The notes under the pieces are model-generated. The model saw only the letters and a program-made list of their open reading frames with translations, did no database searches and was not told the DNA's origin. This document shows positions 1 to 13,309 of a stretch of 64,000 nucleotides of DNA, one piece after another. The stretch lies in the NCBI RefSeq assembly GCF_009914755.1, contig NC_060926.1, one strand, 5' to 3'. The position numbers and the translations under genes were made by a program. Position 1 is the stretch's first letter, and every line of letters starts with the position of its first letter. The DNA comes from the human T2T-CHM13v2.0 reference genome, Homo sapiens.

Positions 1-330
1 TTCTTCAAATTTAAGAACACCAATGATAAAGACAGGATTCTGAAAGCTTTGAGAGATAAGAAAATATAACCAGTTTCCTCCAAAGCAACACAAATGAGAT
101 TGGCATTAAATTTCTCTTTGGCCAGAGTGATGCAGAGAAGATAGAAGATTTCAAAGAGCCAAGGGGGTCTCCCTGGCAACCTGCAACGAATTAAGAAGCA
201 ATCGTATGTGTGAGAAAAAAGTCAAATATGAAAGTAGTCTAAAATATAGGTTGCTTTCTGACAATGTTAATTGAGGAAAAAAATCAAACAGAAAACACCA
301 GGAGACAGAAAATTACGGAGCATTAGATAG
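1..330 (+). mobile_element. Ancient L1/HAL1-like ORF1-region remnant
   Basis: A-rich sequence resembling the L1 ORF1 C-terminal region (gataaagacaggattctgaaagc...atgagattggcattaaatttctc); very diverged, boundaries approximate. Confidence 0.4.
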
Positions 331-2410
331 AATAGAGCTAACCTAGGAGAATAATGAAACTGACGTCAGGAAAACAGCAATGCAATAGGCTAAAAATTCA
401 AGGTGGTTGAAAGAAGCACAGGGAGCCAATGGCACTCAAGGAGAGGACATCTTTCAGAATAGAAAGGGAAGATGCCAGCAACAGGGAAGATGGATGAGAA
501 GAAAAAACTAGGTAGGTGATGAAACCAGCATTTATTTCCCCTCCCATCAAGAAAAAGGCAAGAAAATCAGGTTTTCCAGGGAAATTCAGGTTCAAAACGT
601 GAAACAAACTAAAAGGTGGCAGAAATTTGAGAAGTGAGAAATACACACAGGAGACTTCTCCTGGACACCATATTGTATGAGTGGTGTCATTGTAATCAGA
701 TTAGGTCATTAGGCAGAGGAAGTATTAACTTTGTAGCATTCCAGTGAAGAATATCTGTGGTCAAAATTATATGAATATAAATATTCCTTATCAGATTATA
801 AATTTTAGAATAAACATGTAGGTAAAACTATGGGTGACTTACTTACGATTATAGAGCAGAATATGAACTTTTGGCCTCTTCTTTCATGCATCTTGATGAT
901 ATGTAAGTTACGGCACAACCGAGAAACATTAGGAGCCAGGGCAGGCAGGAAAGGGACCTACAGAAAACTGACAGTCTCAATGCTGACTCTAAAAACAAGG
1001 AATAAATATTGCTAGGATATAGAAAATTGAAGCTACAGTATGTTATTCAAAGTTACATATTTTATTAAAGTAGAACTAAAAATAGCTAAGTAACTTTCAA
1101 AATTCCAGAGCAGAGTGAAGAGAGCATTGCTGTGTACATGAGCTAAATTGTAGACCTTTGGCGCTCTCACTGCACCATTATTGCTGACCATTAATTTGCA
1201 AATAAAAAGACTGGTGCATGTTTATGCATATGTAGATAACTACCAAAGAAATCTAAACTCAATGCGAAAACAAAGCTAGCTGTCTTTAGGCGTTATTCTG
1301 AGGGTGATGTATAGTTTTCATTGAGATATCTTGAGGGCAATGAACGCATGAGGGTTTGAGACAAAAGATTCTTCAATTTCTTTTTAAATACTTCATTTCA
1401 TTTATGTACTTATTTGTTTTTGTAAGGGGAGGCAAAGGGTTGAGAAAATGCTGGAGGATCCAGTTGTATTTTCTAAGCAGAGGTTAGTAACCAAGGTGAT
1501 ACAGGCGGCTCAGTACTCCCGTGGCCATTTCTGCTTTCTTCCCACCACAGCCACTGCCTCCCCTTGTGCCAGAATTACATTATTTTGGGAAGTGGCCCAA
1601 GTGCTTTTGATGTGCATGATTAACATTTAAAATAATAATGCCAACTCGTTTTGTAACTCATAACCAAATAGCTCTCTCTTACACCCTGTGACCTGGTGGC
1701 TAAGGAATGCCTGGGCTTCCTGAGCCTGTGAATGAGGGAAAAGGGAGCTGCAGCCTCAGGTTCTGCATACAGAATGAGTGTCCATTAGGCTCATTAATTC
1801 ATGAGCACTCTTTATTTTAATAGTCTTAGGGTGCCTTGGCGTTAAGGTCACCTTTAGTTTTAAGCTGACATTTACCTCACACCAAAATTAATGAGCTTTC
1901 AGAGACAGTTCAAAAAATGCAAGAATCCCCTGAAAATGAGAAGCACTTTAGGGTCCAGAAAAGAATTACATTATTTTTGGCACAATAGGTCTGGCTAATG
2001 AAATCCACATTCAATCACATGAGTGGCAACTTGTCAAAGGATCATTTGTTGGCTTGTCCACTTAAGATAGGACCCTCTGTCTTCCCACACACTAATCTTT
2101 TCATAGGGGTATAAGGCTTAGGGCATAATTAGGAATATCTCAATCCCAACTAAGGAGGATTCTCTATCTCTTACTCCCAAAATTCACTGAATATGTAACA
2201 AATATCATCTAAGACAATATTGGAACCAGAAATATTATGAGGATTGAAACAGTGCAATTGTCAAAAATTAATTGGGCCAAAATTCAGCATTAAACACAGA
2301 AGTATAATCTACTTCTAAGTGGCCTAATATTTTGCACAGATTTTAACACCTAATTTCCTGTTTTATTTTGAGTCTTCTAACAATACTGGAAGTTCGGCAG
2401 GGAAGATATC

Positions 2411-2755
2411 CCTCTTAGTCTGTTCATGATGCTATAACAAAATGTCATGCAGTGGATAACTTATAAATAACAGAAATTTATTTCCCACAGTTCAGGAGGC
2501 TGAGAAGTCAAGGTTCGGGTACCAGCAGATTTGGTGTCTGGTGATTGGCTGTTTCCTGGCTCCTAGATGGCACCTTCTCTGTGTCCTCACATGGTAGAAG
2601 GGGCAAGTCAACGCTCTGGTGCCTCTTCTAATAAGGACATTAATACTTTTTATAAGGGCTCTGCCATCATTATTTAATTATGTCTCAAAGTCCCTACCTA
2701 CTAATATCAAAACATTATGGGATAGAATTACAAAATATACATTTTAGGGATACCA
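2411..2755 (-). mobile_element. MLT1A-type MaLR solo LTR
   Basis: cttagtctgttc..gctataacaaaat...cagaaatttatttcccacagttc.ggaggctg is the reverse complement of the MLT1A 3' end. Confidence 0.8.
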
Positions 2756-3093
2756 TCTGTCTCCCTAAAATGGTACCATAGAAGTATCTATACCATTTTA
2801 AAGGTGAGGAAACAGGAATATTTATTACTGTGAAGATATGGTGAGAATCTTCATACAAAGGTTCCAAAGTCCTCTTTTCACCTTTGAAATGAAACAAAAG
2901 AGTGAGGAATCCACTTGAGCATTGTCTTTCTTATTTAGGGCTTGCTGTGTGGAAACTAGGATATTGTCATGTCATTTCTTCTGCTTACATTTAACAAGTT
3001 AGAACGGATCTACTTCCCTTCTAGGTGCATTCGCATTCATATTTAAGACCTTTAAATGCAGTCATTTACTTGGGCCATAGATTCCAAAGAGAG

Positions 3094-4075
3094 TGAAGGG
3101 TGGCAGAATATGCTATCCCACATATACTACTTTTGCTCAAGGATTATTTTGAACTAAAGGCACTTAAAAATATAGCAGGTGCAAGAAAGGTGATCTGACC
3201 TTTTGCTTTTTCTTCCTGAAAGCAAGAGATAAAACTCCCATATGAAAGACATCATCCCAATACCAGAAACAGAGTAATTCTCTTAAAAAAAAACCATTTT
3301 AGGTTTGGGGGTACATGTGAAGGTTAGTTATATAGGTAAACAAGTGTCATGAGGGTTTGCTGTACAGATATTTCATGACCCAGGAGATAAGCCTAGTAGC
3401 CAATAGTTTCTTTTCTGTTCCCCCTCTCTTTCCTCCCACTCTCTGCCCCCAAGTAGACCTCACCAGTGTCTGCTGCTACCTTCTTTGTGTCCATGTGTTT
3501 TCATCATTTAGCTCCCACTTTAAAGTGAGAACATGTGGTATTTGACTTACTGTTCCTCTGTTAGTTTGCTAAGGATAATGCCCTCTAGCTCCATTCACGT
3601 TCCTGAAAAAGACATAATCTCATTCTTGTTCATTGTAGCATTACTAACAATAGCAAAGACACAGAATCAACTTAAGTGCCCATCAAAGACAGGTTGGATA
3701 AAGAAAATATGGTACATATACACCATGGAATGCTATGCACCCATAAAGAGAGACTAATGTTCTTATCATCAGCAATGGGAAGTTGAAACGGAAAGAATTC
3801 TGTACAAACAAATCTTGTTAAAAGAATTACCTTCCCTCAGCCTCCCCACATAGTTTAGTTATTTTCACACAGTTGTTGCTCCTTATTCAACTTAATATTA
3901 AAGCATTTAGGTTTTGCCACTTGTTTGGGTCTTCATTTCCTTAAAAGGGCTTCCATGTCATGTAAAACAACCTGTATGCTTTTTTTCCTGTTAATCTCTT
4001 TTATATCAGTTTAATTCTCAAGCCCAGCTGAAAATTCTTAGTGGGTAGAAAAGTAAAATTTTGCCTTTCCCACCA
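3094..4075 (+). mobile_element. ERV1 solo LTR (MER34/MER39-like), interrupted by an L1 fragment at about 3285-3750
   Basis: Starts tgaagggtggcagaatatgctatccca..aggattattttgaact; resumes after the L1 and ends agtaaaattttgcctttcccacca. Confidence 0.6.
3285..3750 (-). mobile_element. Short old-primate L1 (L1PA13-16/L1PB-like) 3' end with 5' inversion
   Basis: Minus-strand 3'UTR 3295-3627, then plus-strand ORF2 C-terminal piece (FIVALLTIAKTQNQLKCPSKTGWIKKIWYIYTMECYAPIK) 3628-3750; diverged TSD agagtaattctctt / agactaatgttctt. Confidence 0.8.
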
Positions 4076-5599
4076 GGAATGAGTTTGCGGATCACCACCC
4101 AGATCCTCCTCATTACAAAGAAAAATTGCTCAGTGGAGTCTGGAGTGAGACAGGAGAGAGCTTCAGAACACAGATCCGTCACTCAGCCGTGCAACACTGG
4201 ATGATCTCTTGGTTCTTTCTTCATTACCTAATGCTCAATTCCAAGTTACAGAGCTAATGCTTGTGACTTAGGGCATAGGCCTCAAATACCAGTTTTTTTC
4301 CTTCTCCACTGAAGGCAGTTCAATTGCACATTTATTTAAAAACCAAAATAGTGTCTTTGATCCTCTACCTATTAACTGAGTCCATAGATGGCTCTTTAAA
4401 AAACAGTCAATTAAAATTTGGTTCTGCATAGCTATGCTTAAACTGTTTCCCATGGAACTGTCTTTGAGTTTGGGGTTCAGGAATCTATTTGGCCTTTTCT
4501 ACCCAAAGAAAAAAAAATTATCATCTTCATCTCTAATAAATGGCAGCACCTTAATTTATAATTCAAAAGGAGAAATAACACATATGTGGCTGTCAGGAAA
4601 GGGGAAACATTTTGGAAATGGCTTTTGTGAAAGATTATGAAGTCTACCTACTGTACCTTATCACTGCAGAAGGAAAATGATGTTTCTTTTGATCAAAACA
4701 TGACAAGGAGCACATCAAAATCAATACATGGAGAATTTAATCCTCTGAGCTGTCAGAATCACAAACAGAGAAAGTGAATGTTAATGACAGAAAGGCAAAC
4801 ATGTTTATTGTGGAAAGGTTACTGCTGAGATGCCTGCCTACCCTCTTAGAAAAAGTAAAGAAAGATATTACTCAAGGACCATAAACCTTACTATCAATTT
4901 TTTCGTGAAAAAATTAAAAATGGTATTTAACATATCAAGTCTCCAAATCTGAAAGAAAGAATATATGTCCATGTCTTTATCCAAAAAATATGACAAAGGG
5001 TTTACACCTATATAAAATATGTTTTAAAAGTGTACTCAAATATTTATACATTTTTAGTGTATTTAAAAATATATGTAAATATTGGCAAATATACAGGAGT
5101 AAAGAAAGTGATATAATAAATCCCCATAAACTCACCAACTAGATATAAAATAAGTGTCATGATTTTGGCAATTTTGCTTTATTTCTTGTGTTGCTTTTCT
5201 TCTTCTTTTCTGCAATTTTTAATTGTGGAAACATTTAAAGCACAGACCAAAAGCCTCACTCACTCCTAGATATTTCTATAAAAATCCTTTAAAAGCATGG
5301 ACTCTTTCTTAGGAAATCATAGCGACATTATTTTGCCTGACATAATTAAATATCATTTTCTAATATCATTTTATATTAGTCTATAATAAAATGTTTTAAA
5401 AATTATTTTTATCATTTTTTAAATCAGGATCCAAATTATAGATGACTTTAAAATGAAAAATTAACAAATAGTTTTAAAAAAATTCCAATAAGAGTATATT
5501 AGAGTGAGAAGTGTGGTCAAATATTCAACACAATTAAAGCAATATTAGGGTAATATTTATGTTATTAAGGCAATTCTTATGTTGTCAATGCAGCATATA

Positions 5600-6480
5600 T
5601 TAATGTTTGTTTTTTAAAAAAAGTCTATGGTACCTAGCCTTGGTAAGGCTTTAGAGAGCTGAATACAGTTTTGCATTGCCAGGAGTGTGGTGCATCAGAG
5701 CAATTTTCTTAGATATGAGAGTATTATGATAGGTAATGGAAGTCAGAAGAAAATGTTCTTCACATTTAACATCACTCACCTACTGCTGGACACGTATTGT
5801 AAGGAAAGAATCTGGACAAAGTAAAATAAATTTTTAAAACATACATTTTCCTAGCAGTTTAATTTTTAAGGCAGAAACATAATGGGGAAAACAGGTGAAC
5901 CTATAGCATCACGTAAGTTAAATAAATATTCCGTATTAACTCAAGGTTGCATTGTGTAGTCATTAAAATGATGAATATAAAGATTGATGGTAGTATGTAC
6001 CCTAGAACTTAAAGTATAATAAAATATATATGAATTCCCACATGTTGCGGGAGGTAACTGAATCATGGGGGCAGGTCTTTCCCATGCTGTTCTTGTGATA
6101 GTGAATACATGTCATGAGATCTGATGGTTGTAAAAACGGGAGTCTTCCTCCACAAGCTCTCTCTTCTTGTATGCCACCATGTGAGACATTCCTTTCACCT
6201 TCCACCATGATTGTGAGGCCTTCCCAGCCACATAGAATTTGTAAGTCCAATAAACCTCTTCTTTTGTTAAAAAAAAAAAAAATTTGAACCAAAAAAAATA
6301 AATAAAAATAAAAATAAAGATTGAAAGGTAACATGGAAAAATTTAAATGCATAAAATTTTAAAAAAGAACACAAAAGTGTATGTATATTTTAACTGTATC
6401 TACATAAAACGTGTGGTAACATAGATTAAATATTGTAAGGCAACACATAAAAATGAAAGCAATTATATTAGAGTTGGAAG
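5600..6480 (+). mobile_element. Ancient L1M(E)-like 3' region, host of the insertion at 5993-6315
   Basis: Diverged ORF2-end/3'UTR-like sequence continuing on both sides of the TSD (gtagtcattaaaatgatg...acatggaaaaatttaaatgcata). Confidence 0.5.
5993..6315 (+). mobile_element. L1PA 3' terminus (about 30 bp) plus 3'-transduced partial THE1 LTR with poly(A) tails
   Basis: atgtaccctagaacttaaagtataataaaa (L1PA end); THE1 sequence 6031-6268; AATAAA 6249-6254; A14 at 6269-6282; TSD aaagattgatggta (5979-5992) / aaagattgaaaggta (6316-6330). Confidence 0.85.
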
Positions 6481-6640
6481 GGTAAAAGTAAGCATTAAGA
6501 AATAACAAGGCTTGTTCTTTTCCTACAATTCATTTAATATTACTCATTGTAGAGCATACAGGGAAGTTTAAAGAAACATACAATAATCACCAATAATCTC
6601 ATCACTTCCAAATAATCACTATTTAGTATTTTGTTTTTTA

Positions 6641-6672
<32 letters not shown>

Positions 6673-6782
6673 CACATATATCTGTATATGTGTGTGTATA
6701 TATATCTGTATATGTATATATATATCTGTATATGTGTATATATATCTGTATATGTGTATATATATGTATTTATATATATATA
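6641..6782. repeat. Compound (TG)n/(TA)n microsatellite with tatatctgtatatg subunits
   Basis: Direct reading. Confidence 0.95.
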
Positions 6783-7494
6783 AAACACTGACATATCATG
6801 AGGGTTTTCTCACATAAATATTTTACATAAATTTATTTAACTGTTTCATATTATTAAGCAATTAGGTTGTTTATAATGCTTCCTCAGCAACAGTAGTAAG
6901 CACAGGAGTAGCCACCACAAAACCTGCATGGGCTCCATGCTGATGGCTACGGAAACCCTATGATAGGCATTTTTCCTCAGCCTCAGCACTATTTGCTTTC
7001 CCATTTTAATTATGTGGAATCTGAGGACCCATGTGAAGTGGTGTGCACAACAGAACTAACAAAATGTTGAGCCATGATTAAAACCTGGGTAAAATAAGTG
7101 GCAACTTCATGTTTTTTCCATCTTTCATCTATGATCAACCTTTACGTAAGTCTTAGTTTACATCATAAGTTAGGGGAAAAAGATCTTTGTAAATAATATT
7201 ACTGGGTCAGCGACATTACATTTTGTCAGAGTTCTGTGGAAGCATTGCTAAAATGTCATCCAAAGCATCCTTGCCTTGTTGTATATGTATATATGCCCAC
7301 ACGTTAATTATTGTATATCATATTATGTAATGAATAATACAGATTTTTTAGTGTGTGTGTATAAATTTACATATATATGTGTGCATGTCTATATGTACAT
7401 ACAAAACTAATATTTTCTATTATAAATTACATATTTATATGTAGTATATAGTTCAGGAGACTATCACAAAATGTATAATTTATATAATATAAAT

Positions 7495-7590
7495 TGTGTG
7501 TATGTGCACACACATATACATATATACGTATGTGTGTATATATATGTGCGTGTGTGTGTATATATATATGTATATATATATATATACATC
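7495..7590. repeat. Compound (TG)/(CA)/(TA) microsatellite
   Basis: Direct reading. Confidence 0.9.
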
Positions 7591-7618
7591 CCTAAAATGC
7601 TAATAATGTTGGTGAAAA

Positions 7619-8117
7619 TGTTACCGAAATGCCAGAGGTTTGGTTTCAGTCCTGGTGCTCACCGCACAGAAAGCCAATCACCAAGACAATGAGTATTTCC
7701 AGGGACGAAGGGTTTAATCAGGTGCTGCAGTAGAGCAGATGGGAGATCAGTCTCAAATCCATATCCCTCAGCAACTAAAATAAGGGAATTGTATATCAGA
7801 GAAGAAACGTTACTATGTGTGGGAAAACAGGAATGAGGGAGGGGTAAGGAAAAGGAGTTGGTCCACAGGCAGCCGGTGATCAGTTAGACAATCAAGACAG
7901 GTGAAGGGGTCTGGCGTCTCATTGTCCAGATGTGGTGACCTGCTAAGTGTCAGCTCCTTGATGTCATCTGGGAAGCCTGATGACTGGTTTCCTGAGAAAG
8001 GAATTTTGATAAGACAAATGCAACTTTCTCAAGTTTCAAGACCAGGAGGGTAAATTTCTATGTTTATTCAAAAGAGACCATGAATATCAGTTCTATGGGA
8101 CGATTGGGCTTGTTTCA
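7619..8117 (-). mobile_element. ERV1 solo LTR (MER66-like)
   Basis: TG...CA termini (tgttaccgaa...tgtttca), 4-bp aaaa on both sides, internal sequence typical of MER4-group LTRs. Confidence 0.75.
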
Positions 8118-8567
8118 AAAAGCTTTGTCATGGTTGTCTTAATTTTTCTTTCTTTTGGTAGTAAGAATAAATGGTTTTAATGTGTTCATTGGTGTTTGCA
8201 TTTCTTTTAATTATATTCCCTATAAAAAAGATTTAAACAGCATCATAAATAAGCATTGTTAGCAATTTCAGTTCCATTTCATTTTGTTTTTATTTATTTA
8301 TTACATATACTAAATGTACGCTATGTAGATGCACATATGAAGGGATTCTTGATTTTTTTAAGTTAATTTACTTTATGTTATAAATATTAGAAAATGCAAA
8401 TAGACCAAATATTTAAAAATGGATAAATATGACACGTGCTACACCAGCCATTGTGGAATAATTTATTAGACTAAGCTTTCCTATGAGGCACCTTGAATAG
8501 CAGCAGTGTTAGGTATTTTAAGTATTATGTCAAATGCCTAGTATTATATTTTCTGGATTATATCTAC

Positions 8568-8837
<270 letters not shown>

Positions 8838-9010
8838 TGATATTTGTATTCTAGAAGTTGAATTGCTGAGTCAAAGAAGTAAAAAAAGAAACAATGTTTA
8901 ATTATTATTGGTAAATTGCCTTTCAGAAAGTTTAGTTTTTTAGTCCCCGACCAATTATTTATGAAAGTAATTATTGCCATATAATTTTGTGAAAACTAGA
9001 TTTATTTTGG

Positions 9011-9141
9011 GATGAGGGGACAAAATTGACAGCTAAAAAATGGTATCAATCTGCAAAACTTTTTTTTTTCAGTTGATGGTGGGGACAAAGTTGACAGCTA
9101 AAAAGTGGGGACATTCTGCAAAACTTTTTTTTTAGTTGATG
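9011..9141. repeat. Local tandem duplication of about 65 bp
   Basis: ggggacaaa.ttgacagctaaaaa.tgg....tctgcaaaactttttttt.agttgatg occurs twice. Confidence 0.9.
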
Positions 9142-9313
9142 ATAAAGCTAAACATTTTTGTACATAAAACCCTACTATTTCCTTTTTTGAAAAATGTGTA
9201 TTTATTGTTTTGTTCATCTCTAATAATGAAGGTGTTATTTATTTATCAATTTGTACAAGCTGTTTAGGAATTTACAGTATCCCTCTTTATTTTGTCAATT
9301 TATGTAAGTTGAT

Positions 9314-9376
9314 TTATTTAATATTTGATTTTGTTACTTAATATTTGATTTCGTTATTTAATATTTGATTTTGTTT
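9314..9376. repeat. 20-bp tandem repeat, 3 copies
   Basis: tta(t/c)ttaatatttgattt(t/c)g x3. Confidence 0.9.
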
Positions 9377-9735
9377 TTGATGTCATTTAAAAGACTACAT
9401 TAAAATATATAATTAATTATGTTCATATTATTTCCATTCTTTTATGTTTAGTAAATCCTTTCCCTCTTGTATCAAATAGGTGTTTCTCTTTGTTTTCCAC
9501 TTTTATTCATTAATGCATCTAAAATTTATTTTAATCCTTAGTTTAAGCTAAATATATAATAGATCTTTTTTTAAATTACATTTTTGTGTTTCACTTAATT
9601 GGCTGGAATTTCCAGGCCGACGTTTAAGACTCAAGATATGTAGGACTTCACATAGTTATGTTCCTTATTTTAATTCCATTGGTGGTAGTATTAAATTTTG
9701 TTTATCATATGTGCTATTCCATTAGTAAGAATTTT

Positions 9736-9924
9736 TTTATAATGACAAGAGAATATCATGAAACTAAATATTTAATGGGATATGGATATTTGTTCTATTT
9801 TTTTTTTAAATTTTACTTTAAGTTCTGGGATACACGTGCAGAACGCGCAGGTTTGTTACAAAGGTATACAGAAGAATACCTGATGCATGTGGGGCTCAAA
9901 ACCTAGATGATGGGTTGATAGGTA
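9736..9924 (-). mobile_element. Very short L1PA7/8-like 3' end with 5' inversion and probable 3' transduction of about 60 bp
   Basis: Minus-strand L1 end 9798-9870; plus-strand upstream 3'UTR piece 9871-9923; TSD cattagtaagaatttt (9720-9735) / cattaataagaatttt (9925-9940). Confidence 0.8.
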
Positions 9925-10347
9925 CATTAATAAGAATTTTATACACATAGTTATATTGTTAAAAGTTGTAAAGGAGATTACAAGTGATTTCACTATGAGA
10001 GGCATTACTAGTGCAGACTCAAACTACCTGGATTATTTCTCCACGAACAGCATTTTCTGTGATTTACGAATTACTTAACTTCTCTCCGCTGTTAAGAGTG
10101 ATAGCAAAGATAAACTCGGATAATTATGCAATTCAATGTGAGAAGAATGTCCCATGGAAAGTACAAGTAGCAATTGCTATTATTAGTAACTATTTGGCAT
10201 ACTCGTGATAAAATGTCAGCTTTCCTAGTATTGATCTCAATTTACAATGTTGGCTTGAAGAGTACTTGGTCATGATGACTTAGTATTGAATTCAACCTAT
10301 TGTATTTTATCCTATCCAAAAATTGGATTGGTTTATATTTGTGGTAA

Positions 10348-10762
<415 letters not shown>

Positions 10763-11525
10763 TTATTTATTCTTATAAAGTTTGGAAGAATTTGTTAGTA
10801 ATATTTGATAATAATATTAATAATGACACCTTATTAATATTATATTAACAAAAATATAAACAAAATTAACTGCTTGAAAATGATTTTTGTTCTTGCCAAC
10901 ATGAAATTTTAACATTTCTCAATTTCTACAAAGCATTTATGTGTATCTTAGCATGTTTTTGCCATGCTTAGGATATTTAAGACAAGAGAAGGAGAGAGAT
11001 TTCCAAAACTATCTCTCCCTTCAGGGCTGGGGCCTGCCAGAAGTCAAGAGTAGGTGTCGGAGTCAAACTATGAAAATTAGGAACAGGATCAGTATCTCAA
11101 AGGCCAAAGATTCACGCACACAGAGCATTTCGTAATGCAGATCAATTGAAATAATTCAACAAAACTCTTCAACCATAACTCCTGGATATATTTAACCTGA
11201 CATTGGTGCCAGAGTCCATGGCATTGGAAATGACACAAGGTTAAAGGTTGTGGGGAAAACTTGGGGGTGGAGTAGACAGCAGTATACAAAGAACAAGTGA
11301 ATTGAGTGTGAATAGGGATGTGGAATCACAGTTCCTTGGACATTCTTACTCTGTGCAATTTTATGTCTAATTTCTTTTCTGACAAGTCCCGGATCCTTTT
11401 TATCGAACTAATTACTGCCCAAACATCATTATACCACTGAGGAACCCTTACAGCACATAAGTCAGTGTCATTACTTTCATTTTCCTTCTATTGAATTTAA
11501 TATATAAGGATCTTAAACAACTCTG

Positions 11526-11655
11526 TTAAAAAAAATCTAATAATCTGATTTAAAATAGGCAAAATATCTTAATAGAAATTTCTCAAAACAAGATACACAA
11601 ATGGCAAACAGGTATATGAAAGTGTGCTCAACATGATTGATCAACAGAAAAAACA
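11526..11655 (+). mobile_element. L1 ORF2 fragment (L1MA/PB-like)
   Basis: aatagaaatttctcaaaacaagatacacaaatggcaaacaggtatatgaaa.gtgctcaacat. Confidence 0.75.
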
Positions 11656-11929
11656 TTCTCAGTCTAAAACAAAAGCAAAACAAATACAAGTACTCAAAAT
11701 TTATTCTGTGTGCATAATTTAATAACTTGTATTGAATATGTGAAAGTGTATTTCTGCATTATGCACTTGCAATCCCATTTGACCCAGGACAGTTTAGATT
11801 AGCCAAAAATTTCCATTATTGCCTTACTTGGTTTCGAAATCCCATTTCATATACTTGACCGGGGACTAGCTTTGAACACATCTTTTTCTTTGTATTGATG
11901 ATACCACAGTCTCTGATTGTTTTGAACCA

Positions 11930-13309
11930 GTTAATGTTTCTTCTCAGTCTCCTTCATGGCTTATTTCTCCTCTAAATATTGGTGAGCTGGAGATTGAATC
12001 CAGCGGCCTGTTCTCTTCTCCACCTTCATTACCCTGCTAGTGATGCCCCAAGGCTTTCAATGTTGTCAGAAATGCCAGGGAAGCCCAAGTATAATCTCCA
12101 ACCTAAAACACTTACTGGAGAAACTGATGTGGGATTCCAACACCTGTATTCACTTAGCGTACAGCAGGCATTTAAACTTATTAAGTGTAATATGGAACTC
12201 TTGACTTCTATATACCATCAAACATATTCCTGCCTTTGTCTTATCTATCTTGCTAAACAGACACACTAATGATCCAGGTATTAGGTACTGAAAACTAGTA
12301 ATTCTTTCTAATGCCTTTTTCCCCCTTTATACTCCCACATCATTTTTTATCAGCAAATTCTGTAAGTTTCACACTGTAGGAACTGTCCAATAGTTTAGCA
12401 ATCACCTCTTTTGGGGGTTGAATTATGTCCTTCTCTTAAAAGATATGTTGAAGTTCTAATTCCCAGTACTTGAAAATGTGAACTTATTTGGAAATCAAGA
12501 CATTGACTATATAATTAGTTACGATACGATGAAGTCATATTGGAGTAGGGTGCATCCTTAATCCAGTATGCCCATGTCTTTATAAGAAGACCACCATGTG
12601 ATGACAGAGAAACACAGGGAGAAGGCCATGTGAAGATGGAGTATTGGAGTGCTGCACCTGCCAGCCAAGGAACACCAAATGCTGCCGGCAAACCATCAAA
12701 CACTAGGAAGAAGCAAAGATGCATTTCCCTTTGTTTCAGAAGGAGCATGGCCTCATGACACCTTGCTTTTGGGCTTCTATTCTTTAGGACTATGAGACTA
12801 TCAACTTCAGTTGTTTTAAGCCACCCAGCTTGTAGCACTTCGTTACAGCATCCCTAGGAAGCTAACACACACCCTGCACAGAGTTCTACAGGGCCTGGCT
12901 CGTGCTTCATCTCTGAACTCATCCTGCACCGTTCTCTTCCTTCCTCACTGTGCTCCTGCCACGCCCGCCTACCTTCAGCTCCCTGAACATTCCAAGATGG
13001 AACATTCCAAGATTCCAACATTTCAAGATTGTCACCATGCTAGCTGCCCCCTGTGCCTGGAATACTCTTTCCTCAGATCTTTACGTGGCTGTCTTCACTT
13101 TTAATCCAGGTCTCCGCTAAGGGTCATCTCCTTATGGAAGCTTTAGTCATTCTCCTCTCCTAGCTAAAATACCAATCTGGTCTACTCACATGACTCTGCT
13201 TTATTTCCATTACAGAATTTCACTTTAATTTTTTTTTCACATGACTGTCTATGCCATCTACCAGGTGGTTAAGCAGCACAGGAGCAGGGACCTATTGTTG
13301 GTCACTGCT
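11930..13309 (+). mobile_element. L2 3' region, interrupted by MLT1C; its terminal part lies inverted at about 13740-13821
   Basis: L2 motifs ccttcctcactgtgctcc, ccctgtgcctggaatactctttcc, gagcagggacct...gtcactgct. Confidence 0.65.
12410..12869 (+). mobile_element. MLT1B/C MaLR solo LTR
   Basis: ggttgaattatgtcc...aaagatatgttgaagt...gttttaagccacccag...ctaggaagctaacaca. Confidence 0.85.

Noticed and set aside
12985-13030. Triplicated aacattccaagat
   Set aside because: Ordinary short slippage inside L2.
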